Positions 14,044-26,533 of a DNA stretch of 64,000 nucleotides are shown piece after piece (positions within the stretch are counted from its first letter, which is position 1; every line of letters begins with the position of its first letter). Made by a program: the position numbers and the translations under genes. Below the pieces are notes generated by a model that saw only the letters and a program-made list of their open reading frames with translations, ran no database searches and was not told where the DNA came from. The stretch comes from Adineta vaga (Eukaryota; Animalia; Rotifera): contig CP075497.1 in assembly GCA_021613535.1 (NCBI GenBank), positions 6,510,001 through 6,574,000 of the forward strand. Direction: 5' to 3'.

Positions 14044-17000
14044 TTAGGTTATTGTAAGTGTCCAATCAGTTGAGACTGATGGACCAGGTCGTCGAATAAT
14101 AAGTGTTTGAGATTCTTCATGATAACGATGAAGTGGAACAGCTTGTTTATCACCTGAATTGATTGTTACTTTAGTTGGATTTTTTGCATAACCAAGTATA
14201 ATGATACGTTCAATCCAAGCATTTGTTTGAAATTTAGCAGTTGAGTCAAGAGTTCTAAAATATTAATGAACTAAGTTTTTAAAAAATGATGAAAAAGAAA
14301 GAAAATACTTCGAATGAAGTTCATTATTTTTAAAAATAAAACGACGATAAATCAATTGTCGTTTTTGTCGATAATCATATGTATGTCCATCATCCATATA
14401 CAATTCACCTCTGGCTTCAGACTAATTCGAAAAAGATTTCACAATAAATTTTCTTTCTAAATAAAAACTGACTATACATACATTTCGATCAAGTGCTACG
14501 ACTAATGTAATTGGATCATGAATAGCAAGCATTGAAGCACGTCGTCGTCGAAATCTTTGTGGAATAATAACACCACCTAATTGATAAACAGGTATCTTGG
14601 AAAATAGAGAAACAATTATGAAATTGCTTTCATCATATTATTAAAGATAATTACCGATTGCATATCAACATTGACAAGTGTTGTCGTTGAACCATTGAAT
14701 TGAATATATGTTCGTATATCATACCACACCTTGCAGAGAAAAAAGAGAAAAAGATTATGAAAATATGATAAGTATTTTTCGTACAGTATTTTCACCAGGA
14801 AAATAAATTGGTACTTGATTAATATCAGCTTCCGTAATTGGATAAATGAGAAGACCATTTCCTGTATCAGACATTAGTTTCATTAACATACAGTCTTTTA
14901 TTATTAGAAAGTTTTGATACATACCAACCATAAATGACTCTTCTACTTTAAATGTTTTCTTATCTTTGGCAAAATTTGCCCATAACGGCAACATAGGTGG
15001 TATGCCTTGTTTTTCTTGTTTATAAAATAATGTATACCAATAAGGTAAATATTGATAACGTTGTTCGATAGCTTTACGTATTAATCGTGTATTTTCATTA
15101 CCAAATAACCATGGTTCACGACGAGCAGTATCAATATGTGCATGTTCTCGATAGAATGGTTGAAAGGCTGCTGCCTGAACAGAGAAAAATAATAAAAATC
15201 AAAGAAAAAAGCGATCCATTTCAACATACTTGATACCATCGAACAAGTAATTTAGCATCTGGATTGGAGAAAAAACCTCCAACATCAGCCCCAATAAAAC
15301 CAAAACCAGTTACAGATAAACTTAAAAGCATTGGTGTAGCTATTTTTAAATAACTCCATTGTGCTTTATTATCACCAGTCCATACAGCAGCAGTTCGTTG
15401 TGAACCCGCAAAGAATGAACGTGTCAATACAAATGGACGAATATGTCCATGCGAACGATTTAAAAGACCTTGAAATGTTGACATATGTTGAAGCATACCA
15501 TAGAGATTATGTACATCACGATCTTCCCATCCACCGTGATGAACAATATCTTTCGGAAAAGTTACTTCTGGACCATTGAAAACGGATGGTTCATTCATAT
15601 CATTCCATATAAAGAGATTTCCTGTTGAACCTTGATAGTTTTTTAATGAATATAATTTAGAATACCATTGAAATACATCAGGATTGAAATAATCAAGCCA
15701 CATTGAAGCACCTTTGATTGAAGAAGACAAGAAGAATAAAAAACTTAGTTTGTTGTAGAACTTACCTGGCCAACATGATCCTTCATAATCGGTTCCATCT
15801 TTTGTTTTGACGAAATATCCTTTTGATTTAGCGATAGAATACACATGATATCCATCATCTTTTTTTATATGCGGATCACTAATTGTGACCATTTTTCTTC
15901 CATAATGAGCAACATCATCTTGCATTTTTTCTGGATGAGGAAATTTGGCCAGATCCCAAGTAAGATATCGTTTTCCATTTGTATGCTCAATATCAAGCCA
16001 AATGACATCCAATGGAATCAAATATTTTTCAAAACCATTTAAAACACTACAATTATTATCTATTCATTTAAAATTTCAACTTGTAATTCACTTTACCTTC
16101 GAACATCATCTTCATCATTATAATTCCAACGACATTGATGATAAGCGATGGCCCATAGCTGAAAACAAAATCAACTGCCATGAACGATATATAAGTGTAC
16201 AACAAGCTTACCGGTGGAAGTGGAACTGAACCTGTAATGGCTGTATATTGTTTGAAGATATCTCTTGGTGTTGGACCCATAAAGAAGAATCCATCGAATA
16301 TACCCGATTCAAACATCCAGTGAGTTGATACTTCTGGTATTTCATTTTTATCAGCACCTGGTTTTGTAGAAAAAAAACTTGCAATTGTTGAGAAGAATCC
16401 CTAAATATAAATATAATCATTCATTTTCTATTCGAATAAAACTAGTTTTCTCAGTTAATTATTAAATGATTAATCTTTCGCTTTTATATAAATGAAATTG
16501 TGTCAGTCGATTCTTAGCAAACTTCATGTACATAAATAACGAATAATTTTTCATTATTTTTTGATGTACTCAAAATAAAACTCTTCCAAACGAATCAATA
16601 TGTAAAAACTGATCTATTGTTTCTAATATAGAGATGAATTTTGCTAATAAATTCAGTTAAAACTGCATTGAAAACATATCCAAAAGCTTTACAAGAGAGT
16701 ACAAAGCAGAAGATTCTTATCAAATCTATTCTACTACTCAGTTATTTAGAACATAAACATACACAAACTATTACTCTTAAGCTTAGTTTATGCATTAGAA
16801 TCATTATAGAAACAAAAGACAGAAAATATATAGTAAAAATGAATACATTTGACAGAAAATATTATTACCATGACTTTCATCCAAGGATTCTGCAAGCAAA
16901 AAAAGATTTCATTTACTTGCATCTCTAACATTTCCTTTTCAACTTGAATGAATACAAACACTTACTTGTGCTGTTAATTTATCATTATTAACATCAATCC

Positions 17001-18400
17001 ATCCTTCAGCAGCATTTAACCAAAAAAATCCAACAGTTGCATGTTCACTAAAGAAAATTATCTAGACGAATGATTTAAATTGATATTATATTTACTTATG
17101 AGCTAGCATATATGGAACAGAACCATATAAAGCCATTGGATTTTGAATATCATATTCGAATACATCAACATTAAACAGACGATATGGATCAGTGTCACTA
17201 AATGACTCGTTGTGATTTTGTTTGAAAGAAAAAGAAAGTTTTGTCTTACTGTGTGGATCGAAGTGAAAATGCATCGGCATGTTCAGGAATTCCATAAACA
17301 TTTTCGAAATTTAGAAAATTTACATCAACACCAATCGATGATGGACCTTAGAAGAAAGTTTCATTATTATTCATAACTAACAGATAATAATTTATTCTTA
17401 CCAAATGGTTTTGAATCTTGATGACTTTTAAATGTTTCTTCCCACATTCCATCTTCATTTTCTTCATTCTACACAACAGAAGAATATTTTATAAACTTCC
17501 TGAGAAGAAAAAAACGCAATTATTTGATTAGGTCTCTTTTCTTCTTTCAAATGAGTCTGACAAACAGGAAAGAAACCTATTTTTAAAACTTCCTTGTAGA
17601 ACATGTTGAATAACAATAAACAAAACTAATCGTTATCTACTTACATTTGTATCTTCATTTGTTCTATATGAAAGAAGAAAAAAAATTAACAAAGAATGTT
17701 TAATTATACAATTTATTGAAATCTACTTACGCGGGTTTTGTTCGATAATGTTCGAAATTGAACATATTTTTCGAATTAACACTCATAACAAATATTCCAT
17801 TTGTAAATAAATCCAATCGAAATGGTTTCGCATTAAGAAGAAATTTTGCTGATTTACCAAAATTACCTTCAATGAAATTCTCATCTGGTTTAGTCAAATT
17901 AACACTAAAAAAACAATCAAAAGAAAAGTCCCCCTTCTTTTTTCTTTGCAAGATCATCGACTTAGTCCTACGGGATAAGTTTTGGTTCACCAACAAGACT
18001 ATGTTCAACTTCAAAACGTTTTCTTATTGGATTAATTTCATTAATTTTCACTCGTAATGAATTGTGTTCTAATGTATAAATATCTAACTGAAATTTCACG
18101 TGAGATTTAAGAGTATTGAAAAGTGAAAATTGTAAATGTCCAATTTGAATTGTTTTCATTGAATTTAGATCAACTTCGTAAGGTGAAACGTCAGGTTTAT
18201 ATTTCCGTTGTCGTCTAATCAAAAATTCATTAATTATGATTTCTGTGTAAAGAATCAATGAGAGAAAAAAAAAGTATTTACCGACAGAAAGTACTTTGTT
18301 CACATGTTTTGAAATTATTTCGATCGACATTTTCAATAAATGGAATGTGAAAAATGTAGAAAATTAAGATGAGATTTAATAGGCAAAGAAATCTACTCAT
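14044..18400 (-). CDS. GANAB: Neutral alpha-glucosidase AB (glucosidase II alpha subunit, GH31)
   Basis: Multi-exon. Signal peptide then [47 protein letters not shown], catalytic [25 protein letters not shown]. Ends TDWTLTIT-stop at 14044. Confidence 0.95.
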
Positions 18401-18778
18401 TTCCAGTATTCTAATGTGAGTATGAGTAGTTAGTTTATCATGACAGCTGATGGATGGATGAATGGATGGTTTGGTTTTTAGTGAATTGAAGGTTTGGAAA
18501 AATTATATTGGTTATTTGAAAATCTTCAATAAAGTTTCTACAAAATATAATATAGAAATTTTTCAAATGAAATTTGAAAATAAAATATGAAAAATAAAAT
18601 GAAAATATGTAGGTAAAATGTAAGATAGATGCCACTAAATTCGATCAAATAGGAGTCAAGGTGTTATAGTAATGAATTGTAAAATGGAGAAAAGAAAAGA
18701 AAAAGTGATTTTTTTTCGATTGATACAATTGCGTGATTGATTGGAATTGACGAATATTATTTGTGAGACAAAGATACA

Positions 18779-21072
18779 ATGAGTAAGCTATTCCTAATAT
18801 TCGTTGAATACCAAATTCGGAAGTTTGTAGATTCGATTTAAAGATGTATATTTCCTTAGAGTAACTAACTGATACTATTTGAGGTAAGAAAAATATAAAC
18901 TGCTATTTTAATCTAGTTACAGATCAGGTTTAGAAAATCATGTATAACACTAAATTGAATATTTTGATTTTGTTGTATATAAGATTGATGAATATTATCA
19001 AGAGAGTAATTTCATGTCTATTGTTTAGCGGAAACAACAGTTTATCGACCAAAACCAAACAATGAAACTTCAAATAAAGGTCAATCAGGTTTCTATCGTA
19101 ATGTTATTTTACCTAGTAAAACGATCAAAGAAAAAAATAAAGTTCGTAATAACATCATCGAATGATGTCAATTCTATTCATGATCACGTGTTTTTCTAGC
19201 TTCCATTAAATCAAATTAAAAATACGGCCACTGCATATGAAAAACAAACAGCACTTCGAAAAGAAGATACAGAAAAGTTTGTACTTGTTTTCTTCGAAAT
19301 ATAATATGTATTTATTTATGTTGTTTTTCGATTCTATTTAGATTTCGAAGTTCATTACAACGTCAATTATCAACTGATATGCTTCGACATGGATATCATC
19401 ATTCTTTTCGTGAATTATGTGCGATTTTAGCATGGCAAAAAGATGATCGAGAACGTTTAGGAGCTGAACATCCACTTCATCGACGGCCATTACTTGATGC
19501 TGAACCTGATAAATTACGTTTTCTTTGTCAATATCTCAATAAAGCCGAAGAAGCGGAACGACGATGTAATTTAGTTTTCTTATTTGTAGAGATTTAATAA
19601 AAATTTGACATATATTTAGGTCAATATTCGAATATGTACCATAATTATCTTGAATTAGCTGCATATTTTTTGAAGAGTGATGATCGTTGGCTTTCAGATT
19701 ATTTTTATGAAAAAAGTTTAAATGTTGCTCAAACATATTCACAATTTGATCCACAATTAGCTGCTGAAGCACATCTCAATGTTGGCTTAGCTTATGAACG
19801 ACGAGGTTAATTGGTTCTTCATAGAAAAAATTTCAATGCAATCTTTTTCTTCTAGGTGATCTGATGAAAGCTTTACATAGTTTTATAAAATATCGCGAAT
19901 TAAGTGAAGATTTTGAACAATTAAGAACAGATGCTAGTATTCAATTAACACGTTTATATATGAAATTAGCACAGCGTCGAACGGATATGCAATCACTTCA
20001 ATATGTTATTAAAGCATATGAAGCATCTGCACAAAGTAAAATATTGTTGAGAAAACGATTTTTTGACGAAAATAATTATGTTTTTTTGTTTTCTTTATTA
20101 TTGATTAGCTGGTGATAAAAAAGTGGAAAATGAAACAAGCTATAAATTAGGACAAGCTTTCTTAGAACATGGAGATGTTGATTCTGCTCTGAAATATCTT
20201 CACCGATATTATGATTATTGTGAAGATATGAATGATGATGAAGGATTTGGTTTAGCAAGTGAAGCACTTGCTATTTGTTATCAAAAGTAATTGAAAGGAT
20301 AAAATGAGAATCTCAAGTTTTTTTTTCTCTGTTCACTTTAAAGAACATACTTAAACTGAGAATTGCCTTTACATTTTTCGAGATATAGAAGAAGAGTGTA
20401 GAAAGACTTCAAAGTTATGCTTATTATACTTTATGCATTCTAATTATGTTGAAATAGAGTATGATAAATAAAATTCGCGATTCTTTTGATAATTCTTTGA
20501 GTGCAAATTATGTTGAAGATAAATTATCTAATTATAATTTAATATAAAAAAAGAATAATATGTATCTAAAACATTCTACATTCGTTTTCAATGTAAATTA
20601 TAATGGTTTATTATTTATCAATTTACATTCGCTTCCTTTCTCAGAGAATATTACTTGTTCTTTTTTTTAGAAAATCGAACGTTGAAAAAAGTACCGAATA
20701 CCTAACAAAATATTTACAAAAAGTTTCCGATAAAGAAGGTGATATTCAATATGCTCGAGCCTGTAGTGCACTTGGTTTTATTCACAATACCTTAGTAAAG
20801 AAAATCGAAAGTTATACTTTTTTTTCGCTAATCATCTAACTTTTGTTTAGGGCCAATATGATGCTGGTATTCAATCGTTAAGTAAAGCTTATAGCATATC
20901 TTTAGCAAACAGTCATGCTGATCTTGATCGTAATCGAGTTTTATTTGGTATTGCACATGGAATGAAAATACGGCCATTTTTTAATGATCAAATCGATCGA
21001 ATGAATACAAAAGATTTACTTCAGTGGAAATGTACAAGACATGAAAGTTTTTTAACTGAACCTAAACCTTAA
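18779..21072 (+). CDS. TTC29: Tetratricopeptide repeat protein 29-like (motile cilia)
   Basis: Multi-exon. MLRHGYHHSFRELC...LDAEPDKLRFLCQYLNKAEEAERR resembles the TTC29 N-terminus, followed by TPR helices. The start is modelled as ATG-A|gtaag at 18779 and is less certain. Stop TAA 21070-21072. Confidence 0.8.
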
Positions 21073-21358
21073 ATCATTAACTTTTCAAAACTCATTTGTT
21101 TATTGGCTCGTTTTTTGCTCCAAAAATAATCTATTCAGTAAAAATCATACATAAATCATTTTATTTTGTGTACTTGAAATATAAAAATAAATCTATACAT
21201 TTATCCCATGCAAAGAATGTTCATAATCTTGTCATTTTTTAAAATTATTATCAAGATGTACTATTCTAGTAGAAATAAATCAATAAATAATATTGTGTTT
21301 TGATTTAGATAATGAACAATCAATGAGCAAGAGTTTTCTTTTGAATATATACAAAAAG

Positions 21359-21856
21359 TTAAGGAATATTGTCGGCATGAATTGCAATTGAATCGATTTG
21401 TCTCGATGTATCATGAACGATTTTATGAACTTCAATTTCGGATGCAACAGTTGATGGTACAAGTGTTTTTGGTGATGTGGAAGTTTGCTGTTTTTCTATT
21501 TTGACAAATGGAGATCTCGTTTTAATACCAGGTGGAGCTGATTGAGGAATTTCACTATTTGCTGGTAAAACACGAGATCGATATGCCCAATTGTTATAAC
21601 ATATATCCAATTTAGCATAGAAACAGACTAAGGTCATAAGAAAACATCCAACACCTAAACCAATAACACCGGCACCAATAAATGTGGTTTTTTTAATTTC
21701 TGATATAACACCGACAATAATAAGAATAAGACCAATTACTATTGATAGACAACCACAGACTATACATGAATGTCCTACTTTATGTGTGTAATTTTGATTA
21801 TGTAAACCAACTCCTGAAATGGCAGGATTACGTGTTCGACTATTAAGAAAGAGCAT
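21359..21856 (-). CDS. Small two-pass membrane protein, unknown function
   Basis: Intronless ORF of ~165 aa with two adjacent hydrophobic Gly/Cys-rich helices (CIVCGCLSIVIGLILIIVGV; FIGAGVIGLGVGCFLMTLVCFY) and a polar tail. Confidence 0.7.
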   Translation of the reverse strand: MLFLNSRTRNPAISGVGLHNQNYTHKVGHSCIVCGCLSIVIGLILIIVGVISEIKKTTFIGAGVIGLGVGCFLMTLVCFYAKLDICYNNWAYRSRVLPANSEIPQSAPPGIKTRSPFVKIEKQQTSTSPKTLVPSTVASEIEVHKIVHDTSRQIDSIAIHADNIP

Positions 21857-23644
21857 CTTTCTCAATGAACAAACATTGCACCAAGATTTGTCTTTAGAAA
21901 TGGAAACTAAATAAATATTTGATAGTTTCTTTTACGAATAAATCATCTAATATTTCACATTTTCATCTAAAATAATCAAAATACTCAACAAATGCTTGAT
22001 TTCTATTCAATAAAACAAAGATATTTTTCCATCTTTTTTCATCTTAAAGAAACAAGAAGCAAAGAAAACCTATGCAAAGACAACACACACATGTTATCAG
22101 GAATAGAAAATCTCTCGGTTTTATTTTCTATCACAAAGGAAAATAATACTAAGTGATATAAGTTGACAAAGAATAACAGCATGGAAAAGAAAATCGGAAA
22201 GAAACAGTGTAATTTGAGTGACAAGAGAAAAAATGAAAAATAATGAGGAAGAAAAAAAGAAGAAGAATTTAATTAATCATTAATTGCCGATAAGAAAAGA
22301 TTAGTTCATATGCTCATTAAATATATTATAGTGAAGTGAAGAAAATTTTCATTTTAATTTATCTGAAGACAAAGTCGAATTTCTCAACAATGAATGACAT
22401 TCTAATTGAATTGAAGAAGATTTCAAGAAAAAAATATGAAGTGGTTTTTATGAGAATAAGAACTTTCGATTCCATAGTTTCATACGCAAAAGACGAGCAG
22501 ACAGAACTCTTATTTATCAAGTAGATTTGTACAGTCCATAACTGCATTAAATTATCCTATCGATATAAGAAAGTCATCTTTTTAAAACCCAAAAATAGAA
22601 TTCACTTAATTTATTTTCTCATTTGTCAATAAATCAGCTGAGAGGCGTCGAAAGAAACTTTTTTAGTATTAAAAATAAGAAGATTATTATAACTTTTATC
22701 TAATATTGAACGATAAAAAAAGCAGCGAGGTTGTGTTTTTTAAATAGAAGTTCTCAACCTACTTTGTTTAGTTCATATAAAGAATCAATAAAAAAAACGG
22801 AAATGATAAGTAGAAAATTCAATATACCAATCTGACAGTTATTTCGCAGAGCTTTATCCGGTTAGATACGTGCAATATGTTTTGAAATTAACTGATTTAA
22901 TATTTACTAAGATTCTAGTTGATGTTTTCTGTAGCTAAGTTCAATCGAACATATCCATCGAAGACTAGATTTAGTCTGAGAATCATGATAGATGAATTAT
23001 TTATTAGAAATAAATGAAATAGAACGTATTTATTTCATTTAGAATAAATCTACCTAGAAAACGAGAAGTTGTCAGTATTTTTAGATCAATTTACGTCATA
23101 CTATGAATCTCTCTTGTCACGAGCTATCAAAATGTACTTCTCTTCCATAAATATCAAGTATAGTGTCATTGAAATGATTGTTTTGACAAGACAATTCATA
23201 ACCGTACCAGCATGAATATAATTTTATCAATATAAATCGAAGGTTATCTTACTAGAAATCACGATAATTAAAATAAAGTATGATATGTTGATTTAGTTAA
23301 TTTCACATCGATATTTTGAAAGATAAATAGTTAACAAAGGTTAAATGTCAAGTTTGTTTTCAATAACTAAAAATTTCTCAATTATTCGATGTACGATAAA
23401 TATGAATAAGTAGATCACTTCATATAACTGATGAATGACTCTCAATAAATTCAATTCGATTTCTATGTAAATGTAATCTTTTATTTGAATATTAATTAAG
23501 AAAAGCAGAAAGTTAAAATCTCTCCTTGTAACTTTGATTTTCTTCTTTCTAGACTATTTTGAAATATCGATTAGATTACAATCCATCAAATCGATATCTT
23601 ACAAAAATGAGAAGAAAAAAAAACCCGTAGTAAATCAATATTTT

Positions 23645-24325
23645 TTATTCTAATCGTCGACATTTTACAATTGCATTATAATCATTTCGATATTTTTCAC
23701 GTAAATCATTTTGATCAATATATTCAACACTAAATTTCTTTTCCATCAATTTCTCATGAAATTCATTGACTAATTTTCTAATACCTTCATTTCGTATTTC
23801 ATAACAACATAGTAAACTAGTTGACATATTCGTTGAACATAAATTCAATATTGTTTTAATTAATTCATCTAATTCAATTGAATGATAAACACAATTTGCA
23901 ACAATAATAAAATCAATATTTTCAAGACTTTCATCATTCTTATCTAAATCATCACCCCAAAATAATGTCTTGGCTTGAGCTGTACCTGTTAGAACATTTT
24001 CATTCTTTTTTATATTATAATTTATCAATTCAACATATTCTTCTCGATCAGTTAATACAACATTTCCACCAAGAGCACCAATTTGTAAACCAACAATACC
24101 AGTTCCACTTCCAATTTCTACAACACGTTTATGACGAAATTCATTAAACATATGATCATAACAGTATTCAGCTAAACAAATCGCTGCTTCCCAACACCAA
24201 CTTCCAACTGAACCAACTTTTGTTTGATAAATTTCTAAGGATTCATTGTTTTCATTAAGTAAAGTTGTTAAAGGAAATAAATGACATTCAAATACATTTA
24301 AATAACAAATTTTGACTTTAGCCAT
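23645..24325 (-). CDS. METTL21/VCPKMT-family protein lysine methyltransferase (Methyltransf_16)
   Basis: Intronless. VGSWCWEAAICLAEY, motif I VVEIGSGTGIVG, LTD, LFWG, IIVANCVY (usually D-C-V-Y). First in-frame ATG at 24325. Confidence 0.88.
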   Translation of the reverse strand: MAKVKICYLNVFECHLFPLTTLLNENNESLEIYQTKVGSVGSWCWEAAICLAEYCYDHMFNEFRHKRVVEIGSGTGIVGLQIGALGGNVVLTDREEYVELINYNIKKNENVLTGTAQAKTLFWGDDLDKNDESLENIDFIIVANCVYHSIELDELIKTILNLCSTNMSTSLLCCYEIRNEGIRKLVNEFHEKLMEKKFSVEYIDQNDLREKYRNDYNAIVKCRRLE

Positions 24326-24762
24326 GCTTATTTGTCCTTGATAATAAGATGGAAGAACAACAATCTCGGAAGGATATAGATCCGTTTCCTTTTTCCTATT
24401 CTCCAATCATATGCTTATCGTAAGAAACAAGATGACATAATCTTCCATTTTCCGATGAGAATGACGTAATTACATCGAACTTTCTTTGCGGTTAATCATG
24501 AGAATAAATTTCTATTTGAATCAATGAACAAATATCTTATTATCTAATCTTAAAAAGAAAAAAAGATTTTTTAGTTCTTCTTCAGATTTTATTATTTATT
24601 TAATAAAAAAAAAAGAATTAAATAGTAAAAAATGAATCTTTGATTAATGAATATGTGATTATCATAATCACGGAATAAAGTGCATTTTTTTTTAAATTAC
24701 AAGACAAAGGAAAAGAAATAGATGTTTATGCTATAAAAATCAAATTTCATTTGAGCATTATC

Positions 24763-26533
24763 TTAATACGGAATCGAGTCTGTCGTCAAGCCATATTGAG
24801 CTAATTGAGTCGATAAATCTTCTCCCATATCTATGAGATAAAAAGGCATGAGAAACAAAAAAGAAGATCAGAAAAAAGAATCTGTCATTACTTTCTTGAA
24901 CAGATGAATGATCATTCAAATCATCAAACGTCACAGATAATCCAGAACCTTGTACAAGATTTTCATAGGTTGGAGCATATGGATCAGTAGTTTCTGAATC
25001 ACTAAAAAGCATTTTTTCTCCTGTATAACTTCCTGTTACACTAGCACGAGGAGATCGTTGTTCGAAAACAGTTGGAGAATAGGGACTGTCATAGGAAAAT
25101 TTTCGTTCAGATAAAGTTGAGGTGGATTTATCAGATATTGTTTGATCAGATAAACGTGGAATAGACTAAGAAAAACGAAATTTCAGATGAATGAGAAATA
25201 GATTTCATAACTTACAAGATCTTCGATGATACCAAGTTGTTTTATTTGTGCTAATAATTCATCTGTATCAAGTAGAGTATTTCCATAACGTGCAGAATAA
25301 TTTTCGGGATTTTCTGAAGAAATACCAAGTCGTTCAACTTGTCGAATGACTCGTGCTTCAACTTTTTCATATCTGAATTGTTAAACAAAAGAAAAATGAG
25401 AGTAAACTCAATGAGAAAAGAATAGAATTTAATTTATACTCGATAATGATATTCTTTGGAGCTGGATAGGGTTTCACTTCTTCCGCTCGTTGAACAACAA
25501 CTTTACGTTTTTGCATACTAGCTTCATAAGGTATCCAACGTTCAATGATGACATCACGTGGTTTAGCTGGTAAGGGTGGTAGTTTTTCGATAACAACGGA
25601 ACGAGGTGGTGGTGGAATAGGTGGAAGAGTTTTTGTCAGAACTTGAGCTAATTCAATATGAAAAAAGGAAAAAGATGAGTCTTTTTTTCTGTTTTGAAAA
25701 ATGAAATCATTTGATTTACCTGTCATGGTGATTGGAATTGGTGGAGGCTTTTCTCGGAGGATAATAGGAGGTGGAGAGAGTGGAGGTGGAGGACGTTGAC
25801 GAATAACCTATTTGAAGAAAAAAAAAACAATAGAAAATTTGATTAGAATACAAATGGATTTTTGAATTACTAGTGGAGGTGGAGGTGGTGGTTGTGGTGG
25901 ACGAATTTCACGAATAATTAAGGGTCCTTGAGGAACGGATGGTGGTTTTAGAAATTTAATCATAATATTCTGTTTATATACTAAAGGAGCAACCATTTGT
26001 GGTTTACGTATTGTTTCAGGATGAGGATCAAAATAGAGTTGTTTTGTTCGAATAAGTGTTTCATAATCCATTGATGCACTAATTTCTTCAGGAGATGCTC
26101 GATCAAAATCATAATTAAAATCACTCTGTCCATATTCTTGCTTTTGTTCTTGTTGTTGAGTACTGTAACTAGTCGTAGTAACATCATTTATCGAATCGGT
26201 TTGTGATATAGTTTGATACGGATGATCATCAGCTGTCGTTGCACTTGTTAAATGTGGCCAATTATGAATAATTGTATCATCCGTATTTGAAATTGTTGAT
26301 GTTTGTAAATCAGTCGGGTGTGAATAAGTATCATCCAGATTTGGTACTTTAACTTGATCATTCGACGAAACAGATATGGATGATGATCGATATGGTGAAG
26401 AGAATTCTTGATTTTGATGTGCCATAGATGGTTCACTAGTAAATGTTTTTGGATCATCTTCATCGGGAAGTGACATAAGACTTCCCTGTCGATATGAATA
26501 TGAATTAGCATTATATGAAGAAATTGAGTCCAT
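24763..26533 (-). CDS. Proline-rich protein of unknown function (IIRE/PPP repeat type)
   Basis: Six exons join in frame. Core PPSVPQGPLIIREIRPPQPPPPPPLVIRQ...PPPPRSVVIEKLPPLPAKPRDVIIERWIPY...PKNIIIEY. Last exon ends TTDSIPY-stop at 24763. Confidence 0.8.

Noticed and set aside
23003-23041. 11-bp inverted repeat TAAATGAAATA...TATTTCATTTA
   Set aside because: Almost pure A/T and expected by chance. No MITE structure or flanking duplication.
23645-24325. Intronless methyltransferase as a possible horizontal transfer
   Set aside because: The motifs match the eukaryotic METTL21 family and the composition matches neighbouring genes. There is no sign of foreign origin without a phylogeny.
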